Shown: in pieces, positions 60,159 to 64,000 of the stretch
How positions within the stretch are numbered: position 1 is the stretch's first letter
Layout: every line of letters starts with the position of its first letter
Virus record (IMG/VR): IMGVR_UViG_3300031787_000077
Span: 1 to 64,000 of that record
DNA: 64,000 nt
Direction: 5' to 3' (one strand)
Source: an uncultured virus (IMG/VR IMGVR_UViG_3300031787_000077)
Taxonomy: Duplodnaviria; Heunggongvirae; Uroviricota; Caudoviricetes
The notes under the pieces: generated by a model
The model's database searches: none
Seen by the model: only the letters and a program-made list of their open reading frames with translations
Told to the model about the DNA's origin: nothing
Position numbers and translations under genes: made by a program

Positions 60159-63100
60159 ATGAGCATTGAAATACAGGAAACAGTTTACAATCTTGAAATA
60201 GAAACCACTATTGGTTTAATTGATACAGATAATTCTTCTATAGCTCATGCCGCATTAATTGCTATAGAAAATATAGATAGTATTACTAATATTGATCTAG
60301 CAGATAAAACATATGAAACTATAACAGATACTGTTTCTGTTGTAGAATTAAGCTCCTCTAGCGCTCAACAATTATCAATTAATAGTGATTTTTTATCACC
60401 AATTCCAGCTGATTATATTATTGGTCTTAACGAATATTTAAGTAATTTTATAGATAATTATGAAATAGATTGCGGTCTGCCATCTCACACAAGACTACAA
60501 TTACGCAGGGACGTGTCTAATAATTGGACTATTAATAATCCTATACTGTATAGTGGTGAAATTGGCTATGAAACAAATACTGGGCGTTTTAAGATTGGCG
60601 ATGGAACTACCTCTTGGATAAATTTAGACTATAATGCAATAATCCCAGCTGGTTTTTTGGCTGGGAGCGGATTGAATGTAAGTATAGCAAATGATGGGTC
60701 AACAGTTACATATAGTTTGAGTGATCCCACAATTCAATTAAATGATATTACTGATTTAACGTCTCAAGCAAAATCATTTCTAGAGACCCCAAGTAGTTTT
60801 AATTTATCATCATTAGTAACTGATGAAATTGGTAGTGGCTCTCTGGTATTTGCTAGTGGAGCAACGTTATATAATGTTACATTATCTGGTTCTATCAATA
60901 TTGGATCAGAAAGCTTAAACGAAATTATTGAAGATACTATTGGTAATAAAATTAAAGCAGGATCTAATATTGATATTAATTATAATGATACTAATGGTGA
61001 GACTACAGTCAGTACCACTGGAGTTAGCTTAATAGGACATCTACACACAGTATCAGATATTATTAATTTTAATAGTGGAGTTAATGATTTATTGCCAGTA
61101 AAAGATATTCTAGGTAGTGGCTATGTTAATGTAAATGCTACTTCTGGCAACTACACTATTAGTGTTAGTGGATTACAGCCAAGTGGAAATTATAGCATTG
61201 TCGGCCATACCCATACTGCATCCAATATTACAGACTTTAATAGCAGCGTTAGCGGCTTAATACCACCATCAAATTTTACATCTTTGGTTGGTATTAGCGG
61301 AATTACAGTAAGTAATAGTGGTACAAATTATATTGTAAGATTAACAGACCCTACTATTCAATTAAATGATATTACAGATTTATCTACTAACGCCATCTCT
61401 TTTTTATTAACGCCAAATAGTCTTAATTTATCCAACTTAATTACTGATGAAACTGGGAGTGGATTATTAGTATTTAACAATAGTCCAATATTTACTGGTA
61501 ATCCAAGAGTACCAACTGCGACAGCCGGCACCAATACTGCACAAATTGCTAGCACAGCATTCGTGAGAACAGAAATCAGTAATCTAGTAGATTATGCTCC
61601 AGGCTTTTTAGACACATTAAATGAACTAGCTAATGCTTTAGGAGATGATCCAAATTTTGCTACAACAATTACTACCATGATTAGTAATAAAGTAAGCAAA
61701 GATGGAGACACAATGACAGGCACACTATATGCTCCAAGTGGAGTATTTAGTAGTGGCTTAACCCTAAATGGCAATACTGTTAGCGTTGTTGGTCATACTC
61801 ATACATCCAGCAATATTATAGATTTCAACAGTAGTGTTAGTGGACTATTACCTATCATAAGTAATAGTGGTAATAATAGATTATTAACTAGCACTGGTAC
61901 TAGTACTGGTATTAATGCTGAGAATAATTTAACATTTGATGGTACTACTCTTAGTATTAGTGGATCTCTAATTGTTGATGATCTTCAGCTAAATTCTAAT
62001 ATAATTAGTGCTAATAAAGTTATTATAGATGGTGGTCCAGATGGGGTGGTGATATCAGGAACAGTAGTTCCGTCGCTAACATTTATTGGATCAACGCCTA
62101 GTATGGGGTCAGTTATATTCTTAGATGGTTATACTAATAATAATATATCTTTAAGTCGTTTTAATAATACTAGCGTTATAGATATTTCAACAGAGCATGG
62201 CGCACCATACTCTACTGGTATTATCAATTTTTATGCTGATGAATTAACATTTAATGGTATACCTATTAGTATCAGTGGACATACTCACATAGCATCTCAA
62301 ATTATTGATTTCAATAGTAGTGTGAGTGGCTTAATTCCTGTGAAGAATATACTAGCTGGTAGTGGAATAGTAGTATCATCAATTAGTGGCATTTATACTA
62401 TTGATGCTAATATTAGTGGAGTTATTTTAGAAACTATTCAGGATAATTTAGGCAATGAATTTTTAGTTGAGGGAACAGGAGTTCAACTAACTTATAATGA
62501 TAGTGCTAATACTCTTACTTTAAATAATCTTCATACTGAAATTAATGAACTTAGTCTTGAGCCTCAAGGTTTTGTTAATCGTCTTGATAGTATTATAAGT
62601 TTCAATGATAGTACCAGAACTTTTACTATTGCTCCTAGTGGTTCTAGTTATGAAATTTATATTGAGGGCGTAAAAGTTACTAAAACAACCAGTGAAAGCA
62701 TTGTTATTGGTAGCGGCACAGCGCTAAACTATATTCATTTTAATACTGATACTGGATTATTAGATACTAAAACCACAGGATTTAATTTTGATACTGATGT
62801 ACCCATTGCTTTTATTCATTGGAATAGTGATATTAATCAAAGCACATTTTTTGGAGAAGAGAGACACGGCATCAGAATGGACAGCATGACCCACAAGTGG
62901 ATTCATAACACTTTTGGTATGCAATATATTAATGGATTAAGTATTGGTGGATATACTCTATCAGGAAACGGAAGTTTGGACAGCCATGCTCAAATTGATA
63001 TTAGTGATGGTACTCTTTATCAAGAAGATATTATTATTAATATTGCTGATGGAAACAATGGGGTTGAATTTACTCAACAGTTGAGTCCAATAGCTTATAT

Positions 63101-64000
63101 TCCAGTTTATTATCATAGTGGCTCTACTGGACAATGGGTAAGAGATGTTTCAACTCCGTATCCATTAAAATATAATGCTACACGAGCGCTTTATAATTTA
63201 TATTCTGGTGGAACATGGACTACACCTAATGTGCCTAATAATCGTTATTTTGCTATGTGGATTGTGGCCACTAATGATATTAATGATCCAGTATTAGCCA
63301 TTATGGGACAACGAGAAGATAGTAGTTTAGGCGGTGCTGAAAATAATAATAATTGGGGTGAGATTAATTTAACAAATATTCCTACCAATGAATTAAGACC
63401 ATTATATCGATTAATTTTTGTTACTAATGATGCTTTTGCTAATACCTCTAAAAGCAGTTTACAAAGCATACTAGATTTGCGCAAAAGTATTATCACAAGC
63501 ACATATGGCGTTACCCAAAATGATCATGGTAGTTTATTCGGTTTGGGCGACGACGATCATTCACAATACGTTCATATTAATGAAGCTCGCACTATTAGTG
63601 CTAATCATACTTTTACTAATGGATTAACTATTAATAATGGATTATTAAGTGCTACTAGTGGTAATTTTACTGCGATACAAGTAAATGGAACAGGAGTGAG
63701 CGTTAGTGGTCACTCTCATACAGCTTCTAATATTACGGATTTTAGTAGTTCTGTTAGCGGTTTGCTACCATTAACAAATATAGTTGGTGGAACTAATATT
63801 AGTGTAATTCCTAGTGGAACAGTATACACTATTAGTGTGAGCGGTAGCTTAGGATTAACCACAGAAGAAGTAGACGATAGAGTAGCATCACTATTAGTAG
63901 CAGGAAGTGGAATTAATTTAAATTATGATGATAGTGGTAATATTCTTACTATTTCTAGCAGCGGCTCAACAATATTAAATCCTAGCGACAATAGAATATT
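60159..64000 (+). CDS. long tail fibre/receptor-binding protein (partial, >1,270 aa, runs off window; not in ORF track)
   Basis: Frame from ATG 60159; LQLRR...NPIL.SGEIGYETNTGRFKIGDG (Mtd-N/hyaluronidase-like); APGFLDTLNELANALGDDPNFATT tail-fibre motif; five GHxH repeats all in the same frame. Confidence 0.85.
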   Translation, partial: MSIEIQETVYNLEIETTIGLIDTDNSSIAHAALIAIENIDSITNIDLADKTYETITDTVSVVELSSSSAQQLSINSDFLSPIPADYIIGLNEYLSNFIDNYEIDCGLPSHTRLQLRRDVSNNWTINNPILYSGEIGYETNTGRFKIGDGTTSWINLDYNAIIPAGFLAGSGLNVSIANDGSTVTYSLSDPTIQLNDITDLTSQAKSFLETPSSFNLSSLVTDEIGSGSLVFASGATLYNVTLSGSINIGSESLNEIIEDTIGNKIKAGSNIDINYNDTNGETTVSTTGVSLIGHLHTVSDIINFNSGVNDLLPVKDILGSGYVNVNATSGNYTISVSGLQPSGNYSIVGHTHTASNITDFNSSVSGLIPPSNFTSLVGISGITVSNSGTNYIVRLTDPTIQLNDITDLSTNAISFLLTPNSLNLSNLITDETGSGLLVFNNSPIFTGNPRVPTATAGTNTAQIASTAFVRTEISNLVDYAPGFLDTLNELANALGDDPNFATTITTMISNKVSKDGDTMTGTLYAPSGVFSSGLTLNGNTVSVVGHTHTSSNIIDFNSSVSGLLPIISNSGNNRLLTSTGTSTGINAENNLTFDGTTLSISGSLIVDDLQLNSNIISANKVIIDGGPDGVVISGTVVPSLTFIGSTPSMGSVIFLDGYTNNNISLSRFNNTSVIDISTEHGAPYSTGIINFYADELTFNGIPISISGHTHIASQIIDFNSSVSGLIPVKNILAGSGIVVSSISGIYTIDANISGVILETIQDNLGNEFLVEGTGVQLTYNDSANTLTLNNLHTEINELSLEPQGFVNRLDSIISFNDSTRTFTIAPSGSSYEIYIEGVKVTKTTSESIVIGSGTALNYIHFNTDTGLLDTKTTGFNFDTDVPIAFIHWNSDINQSTFFGEERHGIRMDSMTHKWIHNTFGMQYINGLSIGGYTLSGNGSLDSHAQIDISDGTLYQEDIIINIADGNNGVEFTQQLSPIAYIPVYYHSGSTGQWVRDVSTPYPLKYNATRALYNLYSGGTWTTPNVPNNRYFAMWIVATNDINDPVLAIMGQREDSSLGGAENNNNWGEINLTNIPTNELRPLYRLIFVTNDAFANTSKSSLQSILDLRKSIITSTYGVTQNDHGSLFGLGDDDHSQYVHINEARTISANHTFTNGLTINNGLLSATSGNFTAIQVNGTGVSVSGHSHTASNITDFSSSVSGLLPLTNIVGGTNISVIPSGTVYTISVSGSLGLTTEEVDDRVASLLVAGSGINLNYDDSGNILTISSSGSTILNPSDNRI

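Noticed and set aside
60480..60640. Diversity-generating retroelement suggested by the Mtd-N-like domain
   Set aside because: No reverse transcriptase or TR/VR pair differing at adenines was seen; this N-terminal domain is common in ordinary fibres.
1..64000. CRISPR array or cas genes
   Set aside because: No regularly spaced repeat-spacer series was seen; the 31-bp repeat has only two copies 745 bp apart and encodes a gene start.
1..64000. Stop-codon reassignment
   Set aside because: Recognisable enzymes are full length in code 11, and TAA, TAG and TGA all end genes at sensible positions.

Overview
This 64 kb window is part of a large, AT-rich (roughly 30% GC) lytic dsDNA bacteriophage genome read in standard code 11, with almost all genes on the + strand. 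1.7-22.5 kb: a hyperplastic array of small early ORFs with gene fragments, shared gene ends and direct repeats, plus an RNA repair set (RtcB, DRB0094-type RNA ligase, HAD phosphatase, metallophosphoesterase) and AlkB. 22.5-41.7 kb: nucleotide, DNA repair and recombination genes (thyX, UvsE, deaminase, DksA/TraR finger, tmRNA, two homing-type endonucleases, DNA ligase, HhH glycosylase, DUF1501, kinase, rIIA/rIIB, RuvB). 41.8-58.7 kb: a protease pair, macro domain, actin-like ATPase, an NDP-heptose/glycosyltransferase cluster, guaC, a sigma factor and a ClpP-like protease. From 58.7 kb: virion genes, ending in a >1,270-aa tail fibre that runs off the window. A Tat-signal DUF1501 gene suggests, by inference only, a Planctomycetota/PVC host. 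The most notable observations are an anticodon-less tRNA-like element after rIIB, a GC-rich three-way-junction RNA candidate, a thyX gene-replacement scar beside an HNH nuclease, two promoter classes (sigma70 with an internal CGATA box, and a GGTGTA motif), a Zn-finger/RuvA-domain-III protein beside RuvB, an actin-like ATPase flanked by membrane proteins, and a frameshifted secreted trypsin. All functional calls come from motif recognition by eye; no database searches were run.
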